Source: Octopus sinensis
Lineage: Eukaryota
Length of the DNA: 64,000 bases
NCBI RefSeq assembly: GCF_006345805.1
Contig: NC_042998.1
Coordinates: forward strand, 132,928,001-132,992,000
Direction: 5' to 3'
The notes under the pieces were generated by a model. The model worked only from the letters and a program-made list of their open reading frames with translations. It did no database searches and was not told the DNA's origin. The stretch's first letter is position 1. Each line of letters opens with the position of its first letter. The position numbers were made by a program, and so were the translations under genes. Below, one piece after another: positions 52,418-64,000 of this stretch.

Positions 52418-53078
52418 CAATATCAGAGTAGCAAAAAATTCAAGAGAAATTTTTCGCCACCAGCGGTCCAGTGAGAAACAAAAAATAGTCAACAGACTAT
52501 ATAATATACATTCAACAATATCAAGGAATGACCTTGATAGGCCATTCGACCCACTAGAAAGAGCAGCTAAACTCAAAACGCTAAATAGTTGTAATTCAGA
52601 AACCAAAGGAAAATAAAAACATTTACCCTTATCATCTTTGGACTATGCATAGTTTCGACATACATATTGGCAAACCGATTTAATTAAATTAAATTAAATC
52701 TATTTGCCACTGGCCTGATTTTTTGGCTAATTCTGAAATTAAATCAGCAGTTTATATTTGCTGCTGATAAGTTGGCGCGGTGATGGTAGATTTTGAAAAT
52801 TTAGAATATATATTCTCAAGGCGTCGATGCTGTCGCCTCGTGGATATCTATTTCCCTGGCTTCTTTGCTGACGAGACAGGCCAGTGGCAAATAGATTTAA
52901 TTTAATTTAATTAAATCGGTTTGCCAATATGTATGTCGAAACTATGCATAGTCCAAAGATGATAAGGGTAAATGTTTTTATTTTCCTTTGGTTTCTGAAT
53001 TACAACTATTTAGCGGTTTGAGTTTAGCTGCTCTTTCTAGTGGGTCGAATGGCCTATCAAGGCCATTCCTTAATATCG

Positions 53079-53084
<6 letters not shown>
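52418..53084. mobile_element. Foldback insertion with 208-bp inverted arms carrying a hammerhead
   Basis: 52510-52717 is the reverse complement of 52877-53084; I found four mismatches. The spacer is 159 nt. Confidence 0.9.
52851..52973 (+). ncRNA. Type I hammerhead fold with canonical core, long stem II extension and 12-nt palindromic stem III
   Basis: UCUUUG(52862-67)-CUGACGA-GACA...UGUC-GAA-ACUAUGCAUAGU-C-CAAAGA, with a GUC site after 52953. Loop II holds the hairpin UGGCAAA/UUUGCCA plus GAUUUAAU/AUUAAAUC. Distal stem I is UUUCCCU/AGGG(U)AAA beyond an internal loop. Confidence 0.88.
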
Positions 53085-53126
<42 letters not shown>

Positions 53127-53750
53127 GACGGGCTTCTTTCAGTTTCTGTCTCCCAAATCCACTCACAAGGCTTTGGTCGGTCCGAGGCTATAGTAGAAGA
53201 CACTTGTCCAAGGTGCCACGCAGTGAGACTGAACCCGGAACCATGTGGTTCGTAAGCATGCTACTTACCATACAGCCACTCCTACGCCTTGAAAAGTTTA
53301 TTGAGGATAGAAGATAGAAGCTAACTTGAGAGCGCATAGTTTGTGGACGGTGTTGAGAATATTGTTTGGAACGGTAGCTTGGTTGGAATGATGCAAGTCA
53401 ACCTGTGACCGCTGTGGCTTTGGTGATCGTGGGGGTGGTTACAGTTTTGTATTTTGCAGTAATAGCTTTAGTAAAAGTGTTAGCATTCGTGAGAATTTAC
53501 ATTACAGATGGGTGTGGTTATGTAGTGGTTGCTGCTATGATAATGGGGGTGGTTGTTTTACTGTAGTTCGTAGTTGTGATAGTAGTAGCATTAGTGGTGG
53601 TCTCAGTAACTCTATGTATGTTTGCGTGTGTAAGCCTTTGTCCGTGAATGTGTGTGTACGTGTGCTTGTGTTTGTGCATGTATGTGTGTGTGTATACGTA
53701 TGTGCATGCATGTTAGTATATGATGTTGAAAGGTGTAGTGATTATGAGTT

Positions 53751-53988
53751 AAGGCGGCGAGCTGGTAGAAACGTTAGCACGCCGGGCGAAATGCGTAGTC
53801 GTATTTCGTCTGCCGTTACGTTTTGAGTTCAAATTCCGCCGAGGTCGACTTTGCCTTTCATCCTTTCGGGGTCGATTAAATAAGTACCAGTTACGCACTG
53901 GGGTCGATGTAATCGACTTAATCCGTTTGTCTGTCCTTGTTTGTCCTCTCTGTGTTTAGCCCCTTGTGGGTAATAAAGAAATTAATAA
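53751..53988 (+). mobile_element. SINE B1 monomer, young
   Basis: Full head and tail; 13-bp TSD agtgattatgagt at 53737-53749 and 53989-54001. Confidence 0.92.
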
Positions 53989-55316
53989 AGTGATTATGAG
54001 TGTGGTTGCGGTTGTGGGAACATTCGTAGTTGTTTTAATGCTGATGGTTTTGTAATAAGGGAGAGAGAGGAGGCCAATGTGATTAAAGAGCATGCGTTTA
54101 GCAACTGTATTAAATCTATTTCCACACTTACTGTTGTCCCATCAGCTTTAATTTAATGGATATGTTCGAATATAACACGTTTGGAAAGTTAGGCAAAAAA
54201 AAAAAGGAAATATTAGTAAATCCTTACAAATTGTATTTACTAATCCTTAAAAATGGAATGAACTTCGCAATGACTCGAACATAAAACAAGCTGTTCTCTT
54301 TAATGAACTGAAATTTAATAATGACTCAAATATAAAACAATTCCTGTTTTATAACAGAACTCTTCAAGCAAAACCTATCTTCCATCATATATCGGTTTGA
54401 GGTGTTCTGTAATATCTTATTTTGTAGTTAGGCGTGTACATTCAGTAGATAAGTTTCTGTTGAGACATTCGTTAACTATGCACCAATTTCTCTTGTAAAG
54501 GTTGGGACAAAAACACATATCGGCAACTGTAAATGAATGAGGAATAACAATAGTATCAGCAGTGGCAACTACAACAGCGATAATAATTCTTTATATAAAA
54601 ACAAAGCTACAAATGTACAAGATTTGGCATAAACGATTAAATCTAGTCCAGTACATTATTTAGATCTAGAGAAATGAAATGCAATCAACATCCTAGTGAG
54701 ATCTGAACTTAAAATATTTGTGTTCAGAGTACAACTAAATACTGCAAGCTCTAATCTGACACTCAACCGTTCCCGATGTTCCATTAAATATTTCCTATAT
54801 AGCCACCAATCCTGATGTTTTCTTAGAAGAGATAAAAGATGATTGAAAGTTTGATGCTTTTAGGCATTAAATAACCGATTCGAACCTGTAGTCTCACTTT
54901 GTTGAGAGCATTTTCTTGTATAAAGCAGCTCAGGTATATTCAAGGCCTGTAATTTTTTTGTGAGCAGGTGTTAGTCAACTAATGCAATGTAGTTGTTGAC
55001 TGACATTTGCCTTCATCGATTCCAGAAGCGTAGACGACGAAGCTGCCTTCAGTGAAATTCGAACTCAAAGCATAAGGAGCCGTAAATAAATAACGCAAGT
55101 TATTCTGTCCGTTTCTCTAATGATTCTGCCGACGAAAATGTTAATGCAAGCGTAGGCTTCAAAGTGGAAATTTTAAATTAAACATCATACAGGTATTTGA
55201 TACTTGACTATTATATATAGTCATACATACACACACGCACATACATTTATATACATAACAAGTGGAGCGAAATATATATGCACACCAAACAAATGCATAC
55301 ATTCATACACTCACTC

Positions 55317-55354
<38 letters not shown>

Positions 55355-56034
55355 TATATATAATATATATATATAGACAAGCTAACATCCTCAACATTGT
55401 GCACAAAGCAATAGAAGTAATAAACATCATTTTGAGGATAATAATAATAAAACTATATAAAATTAAAGCAATATCAGTCTAATATTTTGTTAATTAAAAT
55501 GCCACAGATGTTAGCATACGCCAACAGGCCCATGGAAAAAAATAATAAAAACGTTTGAAGGAATGTTTTGGTTGGTCAAATAATGAGAGAACGAAGTTAA
55601 AATTTTCATTACAGATAAAATCACACGCATCTACACATACATATACTATGTAATCTAAAATTCTTGTTGCATTTTGCAAATTTTAATTTTTTTAAAAAGA
55701 TTTAGCCGTTTAAAATGGTCAAACCATATCTCAAGGTGCAGACTTAAGCCAAAATTAGAAATCATGGTAAAAAACAGACGATGTCAAAACGATGAAGTAT
55801 TGCAGTACATTCATGGTAGTTTTGATAAGGTTCCTCTATATTCTGAGTTCAAATTCCAACAAAGTTGACTCTTACCTACCCAATTCCTTAATCAAGTACA
55901 AGAACCAATATAAAAGCATGTTGTACTTCATCGAGGTTCGTAGTCTTGTATTAATTTAAAAAACAATAATTATTAAAGTCCCCAACAGCCGAGCCTGTCG
56001 TCTGATTTTGAGTTTCGGTTATAGTATACAATTT

Positions 56035-56453
56035 GGATCTTTTCGGTTTGAACGGCAGTTTTTTCTAGCGGTGTCATAGGAAATTGTCACCCATAATTAT
56101 GACCCTAGAATCGATCTATTGCATTTCAATCTCTTTTAGGGTTAGGGTTAGGGTTAGGGGTGGGGGAAGGGTATCTTTTTTTCTTCACAAATGTAAATAA
56201 ACCCAATCTGTTTCTTAAACGAAGGACATATTCATACGGCACAGAATGCTTTTTAGCTCAATAGACGTCACTGATTGGTTGAAATTGCAGAAATTGAAGA
56301 AAAAAACCAAATATCTTACAAACTATGGAATTTTCTCAATAAAGGCAAGAGAAAAAGATGTTTTATAAACACATTCTGCCAGTATACGAAGTTTAAATTT
56401 TTTTAATTACCTAGAAATTATATTAAAAACTGCCGTTCAAACCGAAAAGATCC
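56035..56453. mobile_element. 419-bp MITE with 28-bp TIRs and internal (TTAGGG)4
   Basis: TIR ggatcttttcggtttgaacggcagtttt and its reverse complement; telomere-type repeat at 56136-56159. The flanks tacaattt/tgcaatta could be a decayed 8-bp TSD. Confidence 0.88.
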
Positions 56454-59237
56454 TGCAATTAGTAGGTAATGTCCTTCATATGATGCAAGGCATTTAATAT
56501 TTTATTTATTAAATTGTTTGCGTTTATTTGTAAATGTGTTTGCGAGTGTAACTAGTTTTGCAGAGATATGAGAACGTAGAAGTATTTAAATATTTATTGG
56601 GTACTTTAGTCTTAGAAATTCGATGCATCATAAAAAAAATATGGAATGATTATGGCGAACGCCTTTCATTATGTGTATGCTCGAACAGAACAACTAGTAA
56701 AAGCAAAATTGAAACAAACAAGTTAAAATATATATGTACGGGAAGTGGCGGAAACCTTCCAAAATGTTCCGTTTTTCAATATCACAATTTTATGCTTGTT
56801 ATTTGATTGCCATACTTTTTAAGCAACAATGAATGCATTGAAGCATCAACATTATAATTCAGAACACAGAACGAGCTAACGTGGTAGCTTCTACGTGGTT
56901 GCTTACCCTGTTAGAATTAAGTCAAATTTAACCCACAAAGAGAGGGGGGAGAAAGCGTATTTAGAGACAAGAGAGAAGGAAGGATATAAAAATAATAAAA
57001 ACATTAACTAAAAACCATTATAAAATAACAACAACAAAGACAACAACAACAATAACAAAATCATTGATAACTCGTACAACAAGAACAATAACCGCAATAT
57101 AATAACAACGAGAACAGATGAACAATTACATGACAAAGAAGTGAAGAACAGGTTGCTACTAGTTGCTTGAAAACAAATGTAAATAGTCAACATTAACAAT
57201 GAACAGATTAAATCTGAGAACTCAACCACCTGTGATAGCATACTACAAAAGAACATTGTCCAGGAATGAATTATGATATTTTTTAAATGATGGGCTGAGG
57301 GAGTAAGACAGTACTTGATAGGATCGTTAGAGTACTGGACTAATTACATTGTGGTATGTAATTATGGCTCCTCTATGCTGGAGTTCAAATCCTGTTGTAT
57401 TTTATATTTTCTCCTTTTTATTTCTAGAATCGATGAAATAAGTATTGCAAGTCAAATTAAAGTGAAAGCCTGTTTGGCGTCTAGGCTCATCTTAGGACCG
57501 ATCTTAGGACGGTCACTTGTAATGTTCAGTGACTGAGAGTGCAAGATTTCCTACGAGACACATTGCTAGCCTGAATAGCAATGTTAACCCCTCACCTGTT
57601 GCTGATATATGAAGTGACATGCACAAAGGCACAATGCGCCGTACCATCCGGAATTAAAACTATGACCTTGCGATTATGATCTCCACACCTTAACCATTAG
57701 GCAACACACCTTCTCGCTAATCAAGTATTATATTCCATATAGTCAAATATTTTTCTCCAGAATATGATGCATCGTGACAGTGTTTGAAAGCAAGAATATG
57801 CTCGGGTGGAGAACGCCAAAAATAGAAGAGCGTCAACCTGACTATATACTATAAGGAATATACTATATCTAATTACGTTATATACATGTCTACTATTGAA
57901 TTGTGAGTGGTATTTATTTTCTCAACTATCGTCATGGAGTCGCTGAAATATGTATCTATCAAGTACCAGGATTCGATATTATAGTCTATAGTCATTTCAT
58001 GATGTGCTGACTTATATCTATCTAAAAACATCAAGAATAGGCTAAATTTGTTGAGCGCAAGTTTGTATAAGTCCTGTGTTCAATTCGAATTTATATTTCC
58101 ATCTACCGAGGTCGATAAAATAAATACCATGCACATTCTGGGACTTAATATTCAATTGATTGGACCCGTTCTTGCAAATACGTAACCTTGAGATAATGAG
58201 ATATCGAAAGCAACATTATTTTTCATGTTCCTGGAAGGGAGAGAATTAGACAAAATTCTTATTAGATTCTACTTAGATCAGCATTATGGGCTATATACCC
58301 TCCGCGCACTCAACAATTTTTTATTGCCATGCGTTAAAAGGAGAAAATAGAGCGGCGAACTAAATGTATTTTGTAGTGTCACATATCTGAGATTAAGGCT
58401 TGCTTCCTATATCTTAAATGTTGATAATAGCTAATGTGGGCCCGCTTCCATAGATTATAACGTTCCTAAAAAATTATTACGAGCCAAGTGAAAACAAATA
58501 CAGTAGGTATCCGAGACATGAAGCATTGATAGGTTATAGTTTTAATAGTTACTGACTTTGCATCATTTATAAGGACATATTGCAAGATAATTGGGTCTAA
58601 ACTAAACTCAGCAAAACCCAAAATATACAGGTCATCAAAAATCCCAACTAGAGAACTTAGCACAACCTAAATGAAAAGCAGCAATTAAGTGTGATAATTA
58701 ACAGAAATGTCCCTTTTGGGAATAGCAAATTTTCTGTATCCTCTACTGTGGTAAGATACATCCTGGATTTGACGCAAAATTACGACTATTTATGTACTGA
58801 AGGACTCGTGTATACCATTCCATTACCTTTTTTGTCTTTACTTCCTAAAATGCATTTTCTGATGTGTACCCCGACACATCGGTAAGGTTAATACTAAGCA
58901 CATAAACTAAACTTAACATTATGCATATTACTTATAGAGAGTGGTGTCATTTGCTTGAAGCGTTGTAATGTTTAAATCATATAAATATTTTTTTTTTAAA
59001 TTAGCAATAGAGGTGAGAGGTTAAACAAAACATGTAAGGCTATAACAATAAATGAAAACAAAAAGAAAATATTGTAGTGCCTTACATAGGTTGTTTAATG
59101 CTTCTATTGTGTTTCGGGCAAGATTTCCCCTCTTCAAATTCAAGAAAAAGAATAATTGAAGGGTTGAAGATTTTTGAGACAAAAGTTTTGAGGCGGCAGA
59201 TGAAGTATCTATGACAGAGTGTAATTGTTTGGTATAT

Positions 59238-59571
59238 AGGCGCATAGCTCAGTGGTTAGAACGTTGAGCTTACGAGCGTGAGGTTGTGAGCTCGAATCCC
59301 GGACCGGACTGCGTGTTGTGTTCTTGAGCAAGACACTTTGTTTCACGTTGCTCCAGTTAACTCAGCAGTAGAAATGAGTTGCGACGTCATGGGTGCCAAG
59401 CTGTATCGGCCTTTGCCTTTTCCTTGGACAACGTCAGTGACGTGGAGAGGGGAGGCCGGTATGCATGGGCGACTGCTGGTCTTCCATAAAACCACCTTGC
59501 CCAGACTTGCGACTAGGAGGGTACCTTTCTAGGTGCAATCCCATGGTCAGTGTCGTGACCGAAGGGGGTCC
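59238..59571 (+). mobile_element. SINE family C, best-preserved copy
   Basis: A box tagctcagtgg, B box gctcgaatcc; the tRNA-unrelated body ends gaagggggtc. Confidence 0.9.
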
Positions 59572-60483
59572 CGACCCAAGTTACACTTCATCAAGATTAA
59601 AATGTAGATATATGGTAGAAATAAAGTGCGCGTGCACGCGCACACATATAAAAGAACCCGAGGAAAGTCATGGTAGTCTGTTGATCCAGAACACCATATG
59701 TTTCCTCTGTTTCTTATTATCAAATTTTATTTCGGTTTCGAAGGATACATATGTCAATGTCATTAGAATTCAGGTTTACTTACGGAATCGTTCCTATTGA
59801 GTAGAAAATACCTGATTTGCCGCTTCTCCATTTCTTGTTTAAAAATAAGCAGGAAAGGTACTTACATTAGCATCTTTTTTGTAAGAAAGATACACTTTTC
59901 AAGCTTTTGACGAGGTTGAAAACCAGATGAAGCTCATACTACAGATATTTCATTGTTTTTCAACTATATATTACAAAGAATGGAAACATCAACATCTGCT
60001 TCTGAGAAAATAGTGCTTGTAACGATATATATATTACAAACCAGCTCTAGTCAATGAGAAAACTTACTCATCCCTACTAGTGCAGTAGTATAGATGGAAA
60101 AACAACCGTTATTGCGCATTGCTATTGTATTTCAAGATGCCATGTGTACGCAGGAACATTTATCAGGATAATAACTATATAGGAAAGTTAAAACAGAAAG
60201 CATCGACAATTATCGTTTCCAAAGATTTCGGTCTCAACCAAAGAAACCAGCAATGTACTTTATATGTATTTGTTTTTTGTATTATAACGCACCTCATATG
60301 CATCTCACCTCTCTCTCTCTCGCTCATTCATGCACACACATATGCACACACACATGCACATATACACACATATTTGTATGTATATATGTACATGTACATA
60401 TATATTCGTACTTATACATATATATATATATATAATATTATATGTATATATGTATATGTGTGTGTGTGTTTATATATACATAT

Positions 60484-60665
60484 AGGGAGAATTCGCAAAA
60501 AAACAAAAACAAAAGACGAATACAGGTAGTTTAGACAACAAACAGATGTATTAATTTAACGCTCGGGAAGTGAAAAAGTTTTTAACGTTTCGAGCCTATG
60601 CTCTTCCACAGAAAGGAACACAGAAAGAAACAAGGAGAGAAAATAATGTGTAGTGGCTACCGATA
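60484..60665 (-). mobile_element. P1 terminus fragment with a variant HHR-like motif (60580-60615)
   Basis: UUU-CUGUGGA-A-GAGC-AUAG-GCUC-GAA-ACGU-U-AAA on minus, between TA tracts. Confidence 0.75.
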
Positions 60666-60689
60666 TGTATGTATATATGTATATATATA

Positions 60690-60747
<58 letters not shown>

Positions 60748-61204
60748 TCACACACATTAAGTACACATAGATATTCACACAGAGAAACACACTTATATAT
60801 CGTTATTGTTTGATTGCACAGACTTGAAATGCTCTTGCATTCTCAGTCAGCAAATGGTGTGCAAATTTTGTAATAAACTGAAACACTTGAGCAATTGCTT
60901 ATGACATTTCTAAACCTGTCACCGTTTTCACCAACAGTGGGAGGACATATTACAATTCAGAATGCAGATAGCCTAAAGAGATACCAAAAGTCATCTCTTT
61001 CGATGCTCCAAACATAATGCGAATCCATCATTTAGAATTCGTCCTTTATTTATCGACGTTCGAATGGATGAAAAGCACAGTTGATCTTGGTGGTCTTTAG
61101 ACTCAGAAAGCTGGGGGAAAAACCCAACAAGGTAGTCAACTTAATGTTTTAACAATTCTACCAGTTCGCACATTTATATTAGTATAAACATACATGCACA
61201 AACA

Positions 61205-61225
61205 TACATACAGAAGCATCTACCA

Positions 61226-61298
<73 letters not shown>

Positions 61299-61498
61299 CT
61301 ATCTATCTATCTATCTATCTATCTATTTATCTACCTACCTGCCTACCTTTATGCATGCATATATATATATATATATAATATAATATATATATATATATAT
61401 ATACACATATATATATACACATACATATATACATATATACACATACATATATACATATATACATATACATATATGTACAAATATATATATATATATAT

Positions 61499-61547
<49 letters not shown>

Positions 61548-61550
61548 TAT

Positions 61551-61581
<31 letters not shown>
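61205..61581. repeat. (TATC)n and (TA)n/(TACA)n arrays
   Basis: Directly visible. Confidence 0.95.
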
Positions 61582-61723
61582 CTTTATTTTAAGCAGCAGA
61601 AATTCAACAAAATCTGTTACTCTGAGTTTCTCGTTGCCGTTCATCAGACAAACTGTCTGATGAACGGCAACGAGAAACTCAGAGTAACAGATTTTGTTGA
61701 ATTTTCTGCTGCTTAAAATAAAG
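61582..61723. repeat. Near-perfect palindrome (69-70 bp arms, 3-nt spacer) made of two divergent hammerhead motifs
   Basis: 61582-61650 is the reverse complement of 61654-61723 with one indel. The plus fold is CUGU-CUGAUGA-A-CG-GCAA-CG-A-GAA-ACUCAGAGU-A-ACAG (61653-61690), mirrored on minus. Confidence 0.9.
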
Positions 61724-61793
61724 CATATTACTCTACCACTGGTATTTGAGTACTCTTTTTTCCACCTTGTTTCACATTTATGTGGTTTACTCC

Positions 61794-61868
<75 letters not shown>

Positions 61869-61874
<6 letters not shown>

Positions 61875-62060
61875 TGCGTACAGGACGTTACCAAAAGTAG
61901 ACATGAAATACGAAAACAAATGAGTTAAATAAGCAAATAACGAGAGAAAAAGGGTCATTCTTGTATTACTTGTTCTTTTTTTCTCTCGTTATTTGCTTAT
62001 TTAACTCATTTGTTTTCGTATTTCATGTTTACTTTTGGTGACGTCCTGTACGCATATATG
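61869..62060. repeat. Inverted repeat (about 83-bp arms, 24-nt spacer) between TA tracts
   Basis: 61869-61951 is the reverse complement of 61976-62060; I found two mismatches. Confidence 0.9.
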
Positions 62061-62089
62061 TATATATATATATACTATTTACTATTTAC

Positions 62090-62481
62090 TATTTTACTTG
62101 TTTCAGTCATTTGACTGTGGCCATTCTAGAGCACTGCCTTTAGTCGAGCAAATCGACCCCAGGACTTATTCTTTGTAAACCTAGTACTTATTCTATCGGT
62201 CGCTTTTGCCGAATCGCTAAATTACGGTGACGTAAACACATTGTCAAGCGATGTTGGGGGGACAAACACAGACACAAACAAATATACACACACACACATA
62301 TATATATATACATATATACGACGGGCTTCTTTCAGTTTCCGTCTACCAAATCCACTAACAAGGCTTTGGTCGACCCGAGGCTATAGTAGAAGACACTTGC
62401 CGAAGGTGCCGCGCAGTGGGACTGAACCCGGAACTATGTGGTCGTCAACAAGCTACTTACCACACAGCCACTCCTACGCCT
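62090..62481 (-). mobile_element. SINE family A, full length, inserted in (TA)n
   Basis: Head aggcgtaggagtggctgtgtgg on minus; tail (AGTAAAT)n. Confidence 0.92.
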
Positions 62482-62521
62482 ATATATATATATATTAATA
62501 ATATATGATTAATATATATTG

Positions 62522-62569
<48 letters not shown>

Positions 62570-63184
62570 TATATATATATATATAGATATATATATATAT
62601 ATATAAACATTTATATTATTATTTAACTGAACCCCACCATCCACTCGGAAGTAAGTTTATATATATACATACAGATGTGAGTATGTGTACGTGTGTGTGT
62701 GTGTGTGTGTGTGTTGTGTGTGTGTGTGTGTATTTGTTGTGTGTGCGTGAAGTATATTCGCAGCAGTTATACTAATCCTGGGGTGTAAAGGACTCGATAT
62801 CACAATATGGGGTTGATTCTAAATTTCATTTTATGATTAAATTAATTAAATTTTGAATATACGTTGCAGAGTTTACAGATTTCCAAACAAAGAAATAAAT
62901 ATTTCGTAAATATTGTTATATGTAATATAAGGGGTAAATATAAAAATGTTTAACATGTTTACTAACATTATAAAACCATTAAATTTGTTGAAACAAGTTA
63001 CGTTATTATATAATACTATCTGCTATATAATACCGTCTGCCGCCCTCCTACTAGCCTTCTTTATATATAAAAGGCGACAAAAATTATGTATAGTTGATGC
63101 ACGTTAACTATAGAAAAAATGTTTATAGCGTGTATTCATGTGTTAAAGCGCTTATTTGGTTCTGAACAGTGATGTGTTTTGAAA

Positions 63185-63480
63185 TATTTTAACAAAGGTT
63201 TTGATTTGTGACGACAAAAGATATCAACTTCGATGAGCTGGTTAAGATATCGTTGCTATGAAACGTATTCCTTTTCTCGGAGAGGTAATGGTCTCGACCA
63301 ACGTTAATCTGATTATAAAATTCGACGTACTGTAATGTATTCGAAATAATTTTTATAATCTCCAATCTTTTCCAAAGTCAGTATGTAGTTTCATTAATTT
63401 TTTAAAAGATTTTTCCAGATTTCCGTGAGAATGTATGATGCTTATATGTCCTATCTTAACCCAATATAATCCGGAGAAGC
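63185..63480 (-). pseudogene. Decayed Penelope-like GIY-YIG C-terminus (second PLE lineage)
   Basis: Minus strand gives DYIGL (about 63460), an L.EK segment, and LNQLIEVDIFCRHKSKPLL, matching the PLE ending LN.R.EL...CRH..K.LL. Confidence 0.6.
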
Positions 63481-64000
63481 TGAATTATCAACTGCAACAG
63501 CTTTCGCGCGATAATCTATGGAGTTAAAAAGGCATTTGCAATTTAATGGGCAATTAATGGAGTTAAAATACACACAAACACATGTTTCCTATTTATATCT
63601 ACTCTATCAATAAACATTTTATGGGTACTACTGAACCTAAATATAATTTTTCTACTAAAAAATGTTATATTTATGATTCATATGTGAGTGTTTATTTAAT
63701 AGCCCAAAGAAATGTTTAGTGATACACGCACGCACGTTAAAACTCCATAGGGCAATAAACAAAATCATTTTACGTTTTCTAATTATGCTTAACTAATTTT
63801 ACCTGTTCTAATTTGTACAAATAAGTTTATCGTTAAACCCGCTCCATTTCAACGCTTCATTGTATTTATAAACTGGTTGCTTTGTTGAAGGAATTGTCGA
63901 TTGATTGAAATACTGGTTAATCGTATACTAATATTTTCATTTGCCTACCTATCTATAACAGCAGGTAGGTAATTTAAGTATGTACGTATTATAACTTTTC

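Larger units (their letters stand above)
52173..53290 (-). mobile_element. SINE family A split by an insertion in its internal (TA)n tract
   Basis: The 3' half (52173-52417) and 5' half (53085-53290) are collinear with intact copies. 52418-53084 is foreign sequence. Confidence 0.9.

Noticed and set aside
56136-56159. TTAGGG repeats as a telomere or fusion site
   Set aside because: There are only four units and they lie inside a TIR-bounded MITE.
59238-59310. tRNA-like heads here and at 8090-8163 and 26200-26276
   Set aside because: They run directly into repeated SINE bodies and lack a clean cloverleaf, so they are not tRNA genes.

Overview
AT-rich, microsatellite-saturated animal genomic DNA. 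The repeat types and sequence style point to an octopus or other coleoid cephalopod genome; this is my inference, not a database result. I cannot support any host protein-coding gene, and most ORF-track entries are translated microsatellites. The window is a mosaic of mobile elements: at least five tRNA-derived SINE families, including a dimeric one with target-site duplications (TSDs); LINE remnants (RTE, CR1, R4/Dong-like); a decayed DIRS element; three mariner remnants; two MITE/foldback elements; Helitron-like ends; and Penelope-like elements (PLEs). One PLE at 26563-28450 retains reverse transcriptase (RT) and GIY-YIG endonuclease motifs. The main signal is about a dozen type I hammerhead ribozyme (HHR) folds read directly from the sequence, most in PLE-terminus-like fragments embedded in (TA)n tracts, often as inverted-repeat structures. 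They include near-canonical folds (895-960, 52851-52973, 61653-61690), three folds with different stems that share a U3-A8 core (UUGNNAA) and an ACCGGU palindromic stem III, and A6U and U4C core variants. All folds were paired by eye and no activity is demonstrated.
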